64,000 bases of DNA from Longimicrobiales bacterium (GCA_028278645.1 JANQDZ010000034.1:198261-262260), one strand, 5' to 3'; numbered from the stretch's first letter, positions 28,845 to 37,860 are shown. The notes: generated by a model not told the origin, from the sequence alone. Numbers and translations are program-made.

Positions 28845-29968
28845 CACCCCCGCTCCCTCAGCGGGTCCGGCGGTTGGAGTGGGTTTCGCCGATCCAAGAG
28901 ATAGAACCCGATATCGTCGATGCTTTGGGTTCCGTTGGTGAGAATCACCACAGCTCGTCCCCCCACCTTGTCCAGCCCGATGAAAGAGTGGAAACCCCCC
29001 GTCCCCCCGTTGTGCCAGGTTATTGGGCGGTCCGGGAATCGCTGGTTCACCAGCCACCCCAACCCCATGGAGAGATGCCGTGCTATCCCGGAAGCCCGGA
29101 CCTCGTGGGTTCGCTGAAGGATCGAACTGACCTGCGTGCCATCGGAAGCGAGGTTCGCGGCAGCGAAGAGGAGCATATCATCGGCCGTGGAACGGAGAGC
29201 GCCCGCTCCGGGCAGTGTCGGGAAATCCCAGAAGGGCGCCGTTTCAGCCAAGGCATTGTGCCCCTGGGCAGTAGGAGCACCCAATGGAGGTGCCAGGTCC
29301 ACCCCCGTGTTCTCCATTCCCAGGGCATCCAGGATTCGCTCCCTCACCAGCTGCTCGTAGGTCATCCCTGTCTTGACCGCCAGCGCATGCCCCAGAAGAC
29401 CCGTTCCGAGGTTGGAGTACTCCCAGGTCTCACCCGCTTCCCGCGGCAACCTAAAACCGGAGAGGAACTCGTACATCTGCTCAATCGTGTAGCCTGCGTA
29501 GGGATTTCTGAGGTCGGCCGGCCGGAAGTTCAGAGGCATTCTCGGTAGCCCGGACCGGTGGGTCGCCAGGTCCAGGAGTGTGATTTCCCTGTCACCCACC
29601 GAGGAAACCGTGACGTGGGAGGGGAGAAAAACGGCCACTGGATCGTCGAACTGAACCTCCCCCCTGGCGACCATGTCCTCCAGGACCGCCGCGGTGAATA
29701 CCTTCGTGACCGATCCTATTTCGAAGACCGTGGAGCCATCGAGGGCCACCCCCTCCCGACCCGAGACCCCCGACGTGACCACTCGAGGGCCCTCCCCGTC
29801 CAGGAGGCCAACGACGATACCGGGGTTTCGGCCCAGAGCCACCCGGTCCGCAAGGAGCCTTTCCACCTCCCAATCCGCGGGGAAGGACTGGCCGAACCCT
29901 CCCGAGGCGGAAAAGCCCAACAGCACCAACGACATCGCCAGACCCAGAGTCACCCTCGGTAGACTCAT
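28844..29968 (-). CDS. Beta-lactamase-related serine hydrolase (class C/PBP4-like)
   Basis: Signal peptide MSLPRVTLGLAMSLVLLGFSA. The SxxK motif is SVTK. Later YSN and HNGGTGG motifs are present. Confidence 0.8.
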   Translation of the reverse strand: MSLPRVTLGLAMSLVLLGFSASGGFGQSFPADWEVERLLADRVALGRNPGIVVGLLDGEGPRVVTSGVSGREGVALDGSTVFEIGSVTKVFTAAVLEDMVARGEVQFDDPVAVFLPSHVTVSSVGDREITLLDLATHRSGLPRMPLNFRPADLRNPYAGYTIEQMYEFLSGFRLPREAGETWEYSNLGTGLLGHALAVKTGMTYEQLVRERILDALGMENTGVDLAPPLGAPTAQGHNALAETAPFWDFPTLPGAGALRSTADDMLLFAAANLASDGTQVSSILQRTHEVRASGIARHLSMGLGWLVNQRFPDRPITWHNGGTGGFHSFIGLDKVGGRAVVILTNGTQSIDDIGFYLLDRRNPLQPPDPLRERG

Positions 29969-30146
29969 GATGGGGCCTGTCTCTTTTTGGCCAACATCCG
30001 TCGAAGTGTCCTGACCAGGAGGGGTAGGTCCCCTTGGACCCACTCCCGGCCCTCCAAGTGGGCGGTAACCTTGTCCAGGGCATCCAAACAAGCTCCCACT
30101 TCCTTCGGCGACCGACTAAGTGACCGTGCGTGATGGTTCGACACCC

Positions 30147-30422
30147 TCATCCTTGGTGCCCACTCGATTCCGAGCCTTCCTCAGGGTCCTGGTCGGGTGT
30201 TTTCTTCCGGCCTTCCCTCTCGGCATTCTCGGCTTCCGCCGCTTCCTTCTCCAGTTTTGCCTTGAGCTGGAGAATCTCCATCATGGCCGCGCTGTCCTTT
30301 TCCGGTGTCTCCTTCGGGAAGTAGAGGTTCCTTACCCACTTGGCCACCATGACCAGGAGACCCAAGACCAGAACGGTGACAAAGGCACCCAGAACCAGGC
30401 CGGACAGATAATTTGAACTCAC
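30147..30422 (-). CDS. Small membrane protein with a C-terminal acidic coiled-coil
   Basis: GTG start preceded by AAGGAGAG at -8. N-terminal TM segment LSGLVLGAFVTVLVLGLLVMVA followed by a KAKLEKEAAEAENAE helix. Confidence 0.5.
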   Translation of the reverse strand: MSSNYLSGLVLGAFVTVLVLGLLVMVAKWVRNLYFPKETPEKDSAAMMEILQLKAKLEKEAAEAENAEREGRKKTPDQDPEEGSESSGHQG

Positions 30423-30500
30423 GAACGCATCTCTCCTTGGAAAAAGGAAAGGCCCCGATCGGACGGCGGGAGGGTTCCGAATCCGACCTTTCCCGACCGG

Positions 30501-30719
30501 TCACAGATCCCAGAAGGATCCGTGAAGGCCAACCTGCCGGAAGATGTCCAGCGTCTCCTCTGCGGACCCACGGATCCAGTCGATCTCCTCCCGTCCGGCA
30601 TACCACAGTTTCGCCAGCTGCCAACATTGGTCCAACGGGATGACCTCCCCCGTCTCGAAATCCCGTTGATTGCACCACCGAACAGCATGTTCTTCCGCCC
30701 GGAAGAGGTGGATGCTGGC
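30501..30719 (-). other. In-frame continuation of the MerB-like reading frame past the TGA (72 codons, no possible start codon)
   Basis: Same frame as the upstream CDS. It translates to ASIHLFRAEEHAVRWCNQRDFETGEVIPLDQCWQLAKLWYAGREEIDWIRGSAEETLDIFRQVGLHGSFWDL, which has protein-like composition and contains no Met/Val/Leu start codon. See the finding for this region. Confidence 0.4.
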
Positions 30720-31181
30720 TCAGGTGAACCCGATATCCTCCCAGAAGCGTCGAGCCGGAACCAGGAAATGAACCACAGCATCCTGAGGCGAGACGTGCCC
30801 TTCTTCCACCGTGAGGATCAGCGACTCTCCACAGTCGGGGCAGAGGGTAACCGTCGTCGAGTCCTCACCCAGGAGGGCCGGGATGCCCAAAGCGTCCCAG
30901 GCACAGTTGGCCCAATACCTCGTCTCCCCCACCTGGACCGGATACGGCGTTGGGACGGCCGAAAAGGGGTGGGCCATCCAAATGGAGTGGGATCCAGGCG
31001 CCAGGACCAGAGCATGATCCCTCGCCAATCGGCCCAGCGATTCCTCAACCGTTCGGATGTCCGACCCGGCTTCCCGGGCAAGCATTGGAGTGTTTGGCGG
31101 CGAGCCCGTCTCGATGAAATGTCGATAAACGAGCCATCTCACCTGTTCATCGATGTCCTTCGTTCCCACAGGGGCCTCCAT
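30720..31181 (-). CDS. MerB-like (alkylmercury-lyase family) protein ending at an in-frame TGA
   Basis: ETRYWANCAWDALGIPALLG aligns to MerB RRLYAWCALDTLIFPALIG, with the Cys96/Asp99 equivalents conserved. CPDCGESLILTV aligns to HCAATGAPVSLTV. An in-frame TGA sits at 30720-30722. Confidence 0.6.
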   Translation of the reverse strand: MEAPVGTKDIDEQVRWLVYRHFIETGSPPNTPMLAREAGSDIRTVEESLGRLARDHALVLAPGSHSIWMAHPFSAVPTPYPVQVGETRYWANCAWDALGIPALLGEDSTTVTLCPDCGESLILTVEEGHVSPQDAVVHFLVPARRFWEDIGFT

Positions 31182-31347
31182 TGCGGATCCACGTCCAAGA
31201 CACACCGTGGAGTCGGAGAAAGCAAGCTTTCAATGCTCCTTCGCCAGATGAGGCTCGACAAACCCACATCTCCGGGAGCATGTTTAGAATACCCGAGTTG
31301 GAGGATCGGCCGGCTCGAGGCCTTCAAGCCCTGGACGTTGGAGTGGA

Positions 31348-31734
31348 ATGCGCCCCGTTGCTCTCGCCGTCGACGACGAACCCCAGGTTCTCCGGTTGGT
31401 CTCCCAATGCCTTCGTACGGAGGGTTTTGATGTCCTGAGCGCTCATTCGAGAGATGAGGCTGAACAGGCCGCGGGGCAGGTTGAGGCCGTGGACCTTCTG
31501 GTGACAGACATCTTTCTCGGAGATGGGTGGGGCGGAGAGCTCGCCTTTCGGCTTCAGGAAGAGAACCCCTCCCTTGCCGTGGTCTTTATCTCCGGGCGAG
31601 CCGGGGAGGATCCCATTCTCCGCCATGGGATCCAGGAACACATGGTGTTCTTGGAGAAGCCCTTCACCATGGTGGAGTTGGCTGACGCCGCCCGCCAAGC
31701 CATGGACGGCGTGCCAGGGTCGCCTCAAGACTGA
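31348..31734 (+). CDS. Stand-alone response-regulator receiver (CheY-like)
   Basis: VALAVDDEPQVL...DLLVTDIFLGDGWGG...FISGRAG shows the canonical DD, phospho-acceptor Asp and Lys regions. Confidence 0.7.
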   Translation: MRPVALAVDDEPQVLRLVSQCLRTEGFDVLSAHSRDEAEQAAGQVEAVDLLVTDIFLGDGWGGELAFRLQEENPSLAVVFISGRAGEDPILRHGIQEHMVFLEKPFTMVELADAARQAMDGVPGSPQD

Positions 31735-31782
31735 AAGTGGTCCCGGCTGACTCCAAAGAGACTATCCCCGAAGAGACAAAAA

Positions 31783-32310
31783 ATGAACGATCTGGACGCC
31801 CTGCGGTTTCCCATCGGCCCATTCCGCCCCCATGAGACCATGACCTCCCAGGAGAGGTCCGCCTTCATCGACGAAATCGAGGCCTTCCCCACCAACCTCC
31901 GTGAGGCGGTGTCGGATCTGTCCCGAGAGGAATTGGAAACCCCGTACAGGGAGGGAGGATGGACCGTGCGCCAGGTCGTCCATCATGTCGCCGACAGTCA
32001 TCTCCAGGGGTATGTGCGGTTCAAGCTGGCGATGACGGAGGACACTCCAACGATCCGGACCTACCAGCAGGCTCCCTGGGGGGAAACCGCCGACTCACGA
32101 ACCGGCCCGGTCGGACCTTCTCTGGATATCCTGGAGGCCCTCCATAAACGGTGGGTGTTTTTCCTGCGCACTCTTTCGGACGAGGACTTCCAGCGTACCT
32201 ACCTTCACCCGGATATGGGGGAGCTCAGCCTGGAGACCACTGTCCAGCTCTATGCGTGGCACGGGGAGCACCACCTTGCCCATGTAGGGCTGGTGTCTGG
32301 TGGAGCGTAA
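31783..32310 (+). CDS. DinB/YfiT-family putative metal-dependent hydrolase or thiol transferase
   Basis: WTVRQVVHHVADSHLQGYVRFKL...LYAWHGEHHLAHV is a YfiT-like His triad. Confidence 0.7.
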   Translation: MNDLDALRFPIGPFRPHETMTSQERSAFIDEIEAFPTNLREAVSDLSREELETPYREGGWTVRQVVHHVADSHLQGYVRFKLAMTEDTPTIRTYQQAPWGETADSRTGPVGPSLDILEALHKRWVFFLRTLSDEDFQRTYLHPDMGELSLETTVQLYAWHGEHHLAHVGLVSGGA

Positions 32311-32323
32311 TACAGCGGGGCCT

Positions 32324-32824
32324 CTAGTCCAAACCTACCGTCGAGCTTCTTCGCTCCATCAGCAGCACGTCACGCCAGGTGTCGCCCATCTTCCCCAGCC
32401 TTTTCCTGGTTCCGAGAACTCGGAATCCGCACTTCTCATGGATTCGAACGCTGCTCTGGTTTTCCGGGAAGATCCCCGCCTGGAGGGTCCAATAACCCTC
32501 CGCTTCAGAGGCCCTCACCAGCTCCCCCAGAAGGACGGTCCCGATGCCCCTACCATGTGCCCCGGTACCCACATAGACGCTCACCTCGGCAACCCCTCCG
32601 TAAACACACCGATCGGATGCGGGCCAAAGCGCGGCCCAACCCAGGATTGTTCCATCCTCCACGGCTACCACCCTGCAGGCCTGGATGTGTTTTGCATCCC
32701 AGTCGGCCCATTCGGGTGATTCGGTCTCGAACGTTGCGTGCCCGGTGGCAATACCCTCTTCATAGATCTCCCTGACTCGGGGCCAGTCCGAGGCTTCCAT
32801 GGGGCGAAGACTGATCTCGCTCAT
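32324..32824 (-). CDS. GNAT-family N-acetyltransferase (phosphinothricin-acetyltransferase-like)
   Basis: ISLRPMEASDWPRVREIYEEGIATGHATFE...GRGIGTVLLGEL...HEKCGF is a typical PAT/GNAT pattern. Confidence 0.8.
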   Translation of the reverse strand: MSEISLRPMEASDWPRVREIYEEGIATGHATFETESPEWADWDAKHIQACRVVAVEDGTILGWAALWPASDRCVYGGVAEVSVYVGTGAHGRGIGTVLLGELVRASEAEGYWTLQAGIFPENQSSVRIHEKCGFRVLGTRKRLGKMGDTWRDVLLMERRSSTVGLD

Positions 32825-33089
32825 TCCTTCCCTTTCGCGAACATCACGGTCTTTGTCAGGTGATTCCTGAAAGGCCGACCGCGGACGGGTTCCGGGTCGA
32901 AGATGAACATAGGCCCTCCCCCCGTCGTTCGAGAACCCTGACAGTCTCGTGACAACTTTTTGTCAACAAAATGCCGTCTCAAACGTATGAGAGAATGACG
33001 GCCGATGGGTCCGTTGAGGAACCCGGATGCACCTCCGGAGGAAAACAAGCCAAAAAAAGGCGCCCGACCAGCCCTTCCATGGAGGAAAG

Positions 33090-34001
33090 ATGCGAACGCT
33101 GGTGGCGCTGGTCATTCTCTTGACCTCAGGGGTAGGGAGCGGCACGACGCTGACCGGACAGGACAATCCCACCGGACCCAACCTTACCTCACCAGACACT
33201 CCGTTTTTGATTCATAACATCCGACCGGCCCAGGAAGTCACCCTCGGCGCCGGCGTGAAGGTCGGGATCCTGGATCACTCCTTTGAGGTTGCTTCCCATC
33301 CGGAACTTTATGCCGGAAGGAAGGAGTTCCGTGTCGGGGCCCGTGTGGTTGGTGAGTCGAGGGAAACCTATCGGGGGTATTGGACGGCCCTCACACTTCA
33401 TGAGGTAGCCCCGGGAGCCGAGATTTATGCCCTGGATCTCCCAGCACCCGATGGACGGAGTGACGCGGAGGCCATGGCCCGGGCCCTGGCCTGGGCCGTG
33501 GAGAACGGCCTGGACGTGGTCACCTATTGTGGCGGAGACCTCTCCCCAGAGGACCGGGAGATCCTGGATCCTGCCGTTGAAAAGGCTGTGCGGGCTGGGG
33601 TGGTGGTGGTATTCGCCGGCTACGCCCATCCCTCGAACCTCCTGCCGGGTAGCTTCGGACCCGTCCGGGCCGAGGACGGTCGGGCCCCGGACCTGAACAT
33701 CTTCAGCTATGACTGCACGGCCGTCATCGCCGACGAGATCGTGGCCTTCATGGACGTGGACGATGACGTGATCCGGAGGCGGCGACCATTCCTCTCCCGC
33801 TCCTCTGTCGCCCCCGTAGCCGCAGGTTTCGTGGCTCTGGTAAGGAGCGTGGACCCTGAGGCCACCCCCGGCGAGATCAAAAACCTGCTGATGGAGTCCA
33901 GCCGGCCGCTGGAGCACAAGGGGCGAGTGGAGCCCAGGGTACCCGACGTATTCGAGGCCATCAAAAGCGTGTCCGGGATGGGAGCTGGGAGGCCGGATTA
34001 G
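33090..34001 (+). CDS. Subtilase-like (S8-related) secreted protein, possibly degenerate
   Basis: GGAGGA precedes the ATG. Signal peptide MRTLVALVILLTSGVG. An Asp box (VKVGILDHSF) and a Ser motif (SSVAPVAAGFVAL, compare GTSMAAPHVAG) are present. The His box is atypical. Confidence 0.45.
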   Translation: MRTLVALVILLTSGVGSGTTLTGQDNPTGPNLTSPDTPFLIHNIRPAQEVTLGAGVKVGILDHSFEVASHPELYAGRKEFRVGARVVGESRETYRGYWTALTLHEVAPGAEIYALDLPAPDGRSDAEAMARALAWAVENGLDVVTYCGGDLSPEDREILDPAVEKAVRAGVVVVFAGYAHPSNLLPGSFGPVRAEDGRAPDLNIFSYDCTAVIADEIVAFMDVDDDVIRRRRPFLSRSSVAPVAAGFVALVRSVDPEATPGEIKNLLMESSRPLEHKGRVEPRVPDVFEAIKSVSGMGAGRPD

Positions 34002-34002
34002 C

Positions 34003-34371
34003 CTAGGAGCTGTCGGTGGAGGCGCCTCGATACGTAATGCCTAGATAGAGGAGGATTCCCAGGAGCATTCCCAACCCACCGGAAGCGACGCCGGTTCCGA
34101 AACCGGATTCACCCCAGACAACAGAAGCCAATCCGGCTGTCAAACCGGCTGAAACGGCAAAAGCCAGGGCCGCCGGCCCCGCCCATTGCCGTTTCAAGAT
34201 CGCCCCGACACCCGCCGAGATTCCGAACAACCCGAACGCGGCCTGCCCAATGGTGCACGCCCTTTGGCCCAGGTTTGCCGCCAGTTCCCAGTCGCTGAGA
34301 CAGCTTTGGATTCCGCTGAGGCCCAGGAACAGGAGGAACACCACCGAGACCCAAAAAACAATCCTACGCAT
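34003..34371 (-). CDS. Small polytopic membrane protein
   Basis: Start at MRRIVFWVSVVFLLFLG. Three or four hydrophobic segments. Confidence 0.4.
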   Translation of the reverse strand: MRRIVFWVSVVFLLFLGLSGIQSCLSDWELAANLGQRACTIGQAAFGLFGISAGVGAILKRQWAGPAALAFAVSAGLTAGLASVVWGESGFGTGVASGGLGMLLGILLYLGITYRGASTDSS

Positions 34372-34429
34372 AGCCGAAAAGTAGTGTGTAGATTTGATAT
34401 AGGCACTGTCGCCAAGGCTGGAGGTACCA

Positions 34430-34816
34430 GTGGCCAAGATTTTGGTAGTGGACTGGGAAGAGGACGAACGTGTCTACATGTGGTCCGTCCTGGAGGACGC
34501 CGGGCATCGACTCCTCTTCGCGGCCGATGGTAAGGCCGCATTGGAGGTTTGGAGCGAAAAGGACGTCGATCTGGTCCTGACGGAGCTCTACCTTCCCGAA
34601 ATGAACGGTCTCCGCCTGATCAAGGAGCTCAAGGCCCGGGATCCACACGGACTCGTTGTGGCAATCTCGGAGATCAGCGCGGACCAACTCGATCTGGCAG
34701 AGGATTATGGCGCTTGCCATATCCTTTACAAACCCGTGGACCCGGATACACTCCTGGCCGGAGTGACGGAAGCGCTGGAGAGTCATCGCACCATCCGGCG
34801 TCACGACTGGATGTAG
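34430..34816 (+). CDS. Atypical receiver-domain protein (pseudo-receiver: DW for DD, Glu at the phospho-acceptor position)
   Basis: KILVVDWEEDE...VDLVLTELYLPEMNG...LVVAISE. It aligns to canonical receivers, but the conserved acidic pair is D-W and the acceptor Asp is replaced by Glu. Confidence 0.55.
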   Translation: MAKILVVDWEEDERVYMWSVLEDAGHRLLFAADGKAALEVWSEKDVDLVLTELYLPEMNGLRLIKELKARDPHGLVVAISEISADQLDLAEDYGACHILYKPVDPDTLLAGVTEALESHRTIRRHDWM

Positions 34817-34820
34817 CTCC

Positions 34821-35969
34821 TTGTCAGCCGGGTTTGTCTCACCCGGGTTTCTCCATATCTTCTCTCGGAATCTTTTTCCCGGCAACCGGCATTTGGTTGG
34901 TTTCCCTCATCCGTTCGAAGTCCTGGAGGCAAAACTGGTGGTACAACCCCCTGACAGGGCCAAGGTGGCCTTTTGGAACCAGAGCCTGGCCCCTTTCGTG
35001 GGCCCGGACACACGCCGAAGTGTGACGCAGCTCCTTACCTCCGCTGTGCCTTTCTTTGCTCTTTGGACCCTTTCTTACCAAGCCCTGGCGGTGAGCTATT
35101 GGTTGACCTTGGTCCTATCGGTCCCGACGGCAGGGTTCCTGATGAGACTGTTCATGATCCAGCATGACTGCGGACATGGCTCCTTCTTCCATTCCAGGCG
35201 GGCCCGGGATACGGTCGGATTCTGGATCGGGGTCCTTACGCTGACCCCGTATGCCTATTGGAGGAAGACACACGCCTACCATCACGCCCACTCAGGGGAT
35301 CTCGACCTCAGAGGATTTGGGGATATCGACACGCTCACTGTGTCGGAGTATCTGTCCCTTCCCCGGCACCGGCGGTTTGCATATCGAGTTTACCGCCACC
35401 CACTTATCCTCTTCGGCATCGGCGCTGTACTCCATTTTGTGATCGTCCACCGGTTCCCCTGGACCACCCCACGGAACTGGACTGAAGCTTGGCGCAGTGT
35501 CTGGCTTACGAACCTGGCGCTTGTGGCTTTGGTGTCCGCCCTGGCCCTCACCATCGGACTCAAGAGCTTCATCCTCGTTCATGCCCCGGTACTTGTGGTG
35601 ACCTGTTCTCTGGGCGTTTGGCTTTTCTATGTCCAGCACCAGTTTGAGAACACCTACTGGCACCGGCACGAGAACTGGGACTACTACGACGCGGCTCTGG
35701 AGGGCAGTTCTCTCCTTCTCCTTCCCAGTCCTCTCCAATGGCTTACCGCCAATATCGGGATCCACCACGTTCACCACCTGAGTGCCCGGATCCCCAACTA
35801 CAAGCTCGAAGAAGCCATGTGGGCCGTTCCGGAGCTTCAGAACCCCACGCGGATCAGGATCGGAGATACGCTGGAGCTGGTGACCCGCACCCTTTGGGAC
35901 GAATCGGAGGAACGGCTGGTTCGGTTCAGGGATGTGAAGCGGTTGCCGCCGGGGAGAACCGCGGCGTAA
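34821..35969 (+). CDS. Membrane fatty-acid desaturase (di-iron, His-box type)
   Basis: Three His boxes are present: HDCGH, HAYHHAH and HHVHHL. The start is uncertain (TTG at 34821, or GTG near 34938). Confidence 0.8.
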   Translation: MSAGFVSPGFLHIFSRNLFPGNRHLVGFPHPFEVLEAKLVVQPPDRAKVAFWNQSLAPFVGPDTRRSVTQLLTSAVPFFALWTLSYQALAVSYWLTLVLSVPTAGFLMRLFMIQHDCGHGSFFHSRRARDTVGFWIGVLTLTPYAYWRKTHAYHHAHSGDLDLRGFGDIDTLTVSEYLSLPRHRRFAYRVYRHPLILFGIGAVLHFVIVHRFPWTTPRNWTEAWRSVWLTNLALVALVSALALTIGLKSFILVHAPVLVVTCSLGVWLFYVQHQFENTYWHRHENWDYYDAALEGSSLLLLPSPLQWLTANIGIHHVHHLSARIPNYKLEEAMWAVPELQNPTRIRIGDTLELVTRTLWDESEERLVRFRDVKRLPPGRTAA

Positions 35970-36006
35970 AAAACCGACCCGGGGGACCCGGGTCGGTTCT
36001 TGTTCG
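35970..36006. terminator. Bidirectional intrinsic terminator between the desaturase and FKBP genes
   Basis: A 12-bp stem (aaccgacccggg / cccgggtcggtt) with a gga loop. It is flanked by aaaaa on one side and cttgttc on the other. Confidence 0.75.
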
Positions 36007-36024
36007 AGCCGGCAACAGGTGAAC

Positions 36025-36453
36025 TTAGTCGATCTTCACCAACTCTATGTGGAAGGTGAGGTCTTTTCCGGCCAGAGGGTGGTTCCCGTCCATCCTTACG
36101 CTTTCGGCGTCCGAGAAGATTACAACCACGTCCATCTGTCGCCCATCCTTGGTCTCCAGCCTTAGGATCTCCCCTTCCTGCGGATCGTATCCAGGCGGCA
36201 GGTTCTCCCGGGGTGCCGTGAACACCAGTTGATCCAAACGCGGCCCATAGGCCTCGTCGGAGGGAATGGTCACGGTCTTCTTTTCTCCAACCTCCATCCC
36301 CGTGACCGCGGTGTCAAAACCCGGGACCACCTGACCCTTCCCCAGCTGGAAGGTGAGAGGGTCTCTACCGTCGGACGTATCGAAGATCGAGGCGTCATCG
36401 AGCTTCCCGGTATAGTGAACGTGTACGTGGTCACCGCTTTTTGCCTGGGGCAT
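36025..36453 (-). CDS. FKBP-type peptidyl-prolyl cis-trans isomerase (SlyD/FkpB-like)
   Basis: GDHVHVHYTGKLDDASIFDTS...LTFQLGKGQVVPGFDTAVTGMEVGEKK is a classic FKBP fold pattern. Confidence 0.85.
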   Translation of the reverse strand: MPQAKSGDHVHVHYTGKLDDASIFDTSDGRDPLTFQLGKGQVVPGFDTAVTGMEVGEKKTVTIPSDEAYGPRLDQLVFTAPRENLPPGYDPQEGEILRLETKDGRQMDVVVIFSDAESVRMDGNHPLAGKDLTFHIELVKID

Positions 36454-36478
36454 AATTCACTCTTTCTAGAAAATCACA

Positions 36479-36510
36479 GCGGGCTGGAGGAGCCTTTTCC
36501 TCCAGCCCGC
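36479..36510 (-). terminator. Intrinsic terminator downstream of the flotillin gene
   Basis: A perfect 12-bp stem (gcgggctggagg / cctccagcccgc) with an 8-nt loop. A T-rich run (gattttct) follows on the minus strand. Confidence 0.65.
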
Positions 36511-36570
36511 GATCATGTTGGCACTTCCGGTCCCCCCGAGATACACCCGGGGGTATCCTGAAGTTCTGGT

Positions 36571-37860
36571 TTATTCTCCCGACGTGACCTTCTTGGCAGC
36601 GCCTTGGAGGACATCCTGGATGTCGACACCCACTGCAGCCGAAATAGCCTCGACGGTACCCAAGGCCCCATGGACCCTCTGGTTCACGGCATTGCTCACT
36701 CCCTCGCCGCCTCCGCTGTCCAGCACCACCACCCGGTCGATGTCCACGCCTTCCACCGCGGCTACGGAGGTTTCGAGGAGCTCGGGTAGCTTCTCTGCCA
36801 GGAGGACGGCAAATGCCTCGTTCCCTCCCTGCTTAACCTGATCGTAGAGCATTCGGAGGGCTTCAGCGCTGGCTCGACCACGCTCCAAAATGGGTGCGGC
36901 ATCACCTTCTGCCCTGACCTTCGCCGCGGCCCTCTCGGCGTTCGCCGGCTCAACCACGTCGGCCTGGAGGCGGAGTTTCTCCCTCTCGACTCTTCTGCTT
37001 TCCAAAGCTTTCTGGGCCTCGACCTCCGATTCCTGGGCTTTCACAAGGGCGGTACGCTCGACGATCTGGGCCTCCCGGTCCAGCTCGGCTTTCCGCACCC
37101 GCAATTCGTTTTGCGCCTCGGCGATGGAGATGTCCGCCTCTGCTTCTTTGACCTCCGCGACCTGCCGCGCGGTGGCCTGTCTCTGCCGAGTTTCCGCAGC
37201 GGCATCGGCCTCGGCGATCTCAGCGTCCCGGACCGCTTCAGCCGCTTTTTTTCGCCCGATGGCCTCGAGGTAACCCCGCTCGTCGCTCACGTTCTGGATC
37301 TTCAACACGTCCAGGTGGAAGCCAAGAGCAGCCAGGTCTTCACCAGCATCCTCGGCCAGAGCCGCGGCAAACCCGAGCCGATCCTCATTGACCGCCTCAG
37401 GCGTGAGGGTGGCCAGCACGCCCCGGAGGTTCCCCATGAGGGTGTCCTTGGCCATGGCCACGATCTCATCCTCCGTCTTCCCAAGGATCCGCTCCACCGC
37501 GTTGTTGAAAACCGTCTCCGGCTCCGAGGCGATTTTCACGTTTGCGATGGCTTCGATGTTCAAGGGGATGTTCCCTTTTGAGAAGGCGTTCGTAACGGAG
37601 ATCTCGATGGGGAACGTTTCGAGGGACGTGTATTGGACGGTCTCGATGATGGGAACCCTGAGGGTACGCCCACCTATGACCGACCTGTAGCCAACCTGTT
37701 CTCCACTGGGGAGTTTTCGATTACGGCCCGTCAGGACCGCCGCCATGTTCGGGGGCACAATGACGATGAGAGACTTGATGGTGAGTACAGCCACCACCAC
37801 AACAACAAGGAGGGTGAAGCCAAGCGCTACAGCGCCAGCCACCAGATCATCGGTTGGCAT
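36571..37860 (-). CDS. Flotillin / SPFH (band-7) domain protein, YqiK/FloT-like
   Basis: N-terminal TM segment, an SPFH domain, then a long Ala/Glu-rich coiled-coil (EAEADISIAEAQNELRVRKAELDREAQ...). 429 aa. Confidence 0.85.
   Translation of the reverse strand: MPTDDLVAGAVALGFTLLVVVVVAVLTIKSLIVIVPPNMAAVLTGRNRKLPSGEQVGYRSVIGGRTLRVPIIETVQYTSLETFPIEISVTNAFSKGNIPLNIEAIANVKIASEPETVFNNAVERILGKTEDEIVAMAKDTLMGNLRGVLATLTPEAVNEDRLGFAAALAEDAGEDLAALGFHLDVLKIQNVSDERGYLEAIGRKKAAEAVRDAEIAEADAAAETRQRQATARQVAEVKEAEADISIAEAQNELRVRKAELDREAQIVERTALVKAQESEVEAQKALESRRVEREKLRLQADVVEPANAERAAAKVRAEGDAAPILERGRASAEALRMLYDQVKQGGNEAFAVLLAEKLPELLETSVAAVEGVDIDRVVVLDSGGGEGVSNAVNQRVHGALGTVEAISAAVGVDIQDVLQGAAKKVTSGE

Noticed and set aside
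30419-30781. 120-aa minus-strand ORF spanning the MerB TGA in a different frame
   Set aside because: Its translation is Arg/Ser/Gly-rich junk. The frame continuous with MerB gives a far more protein-like sequence.
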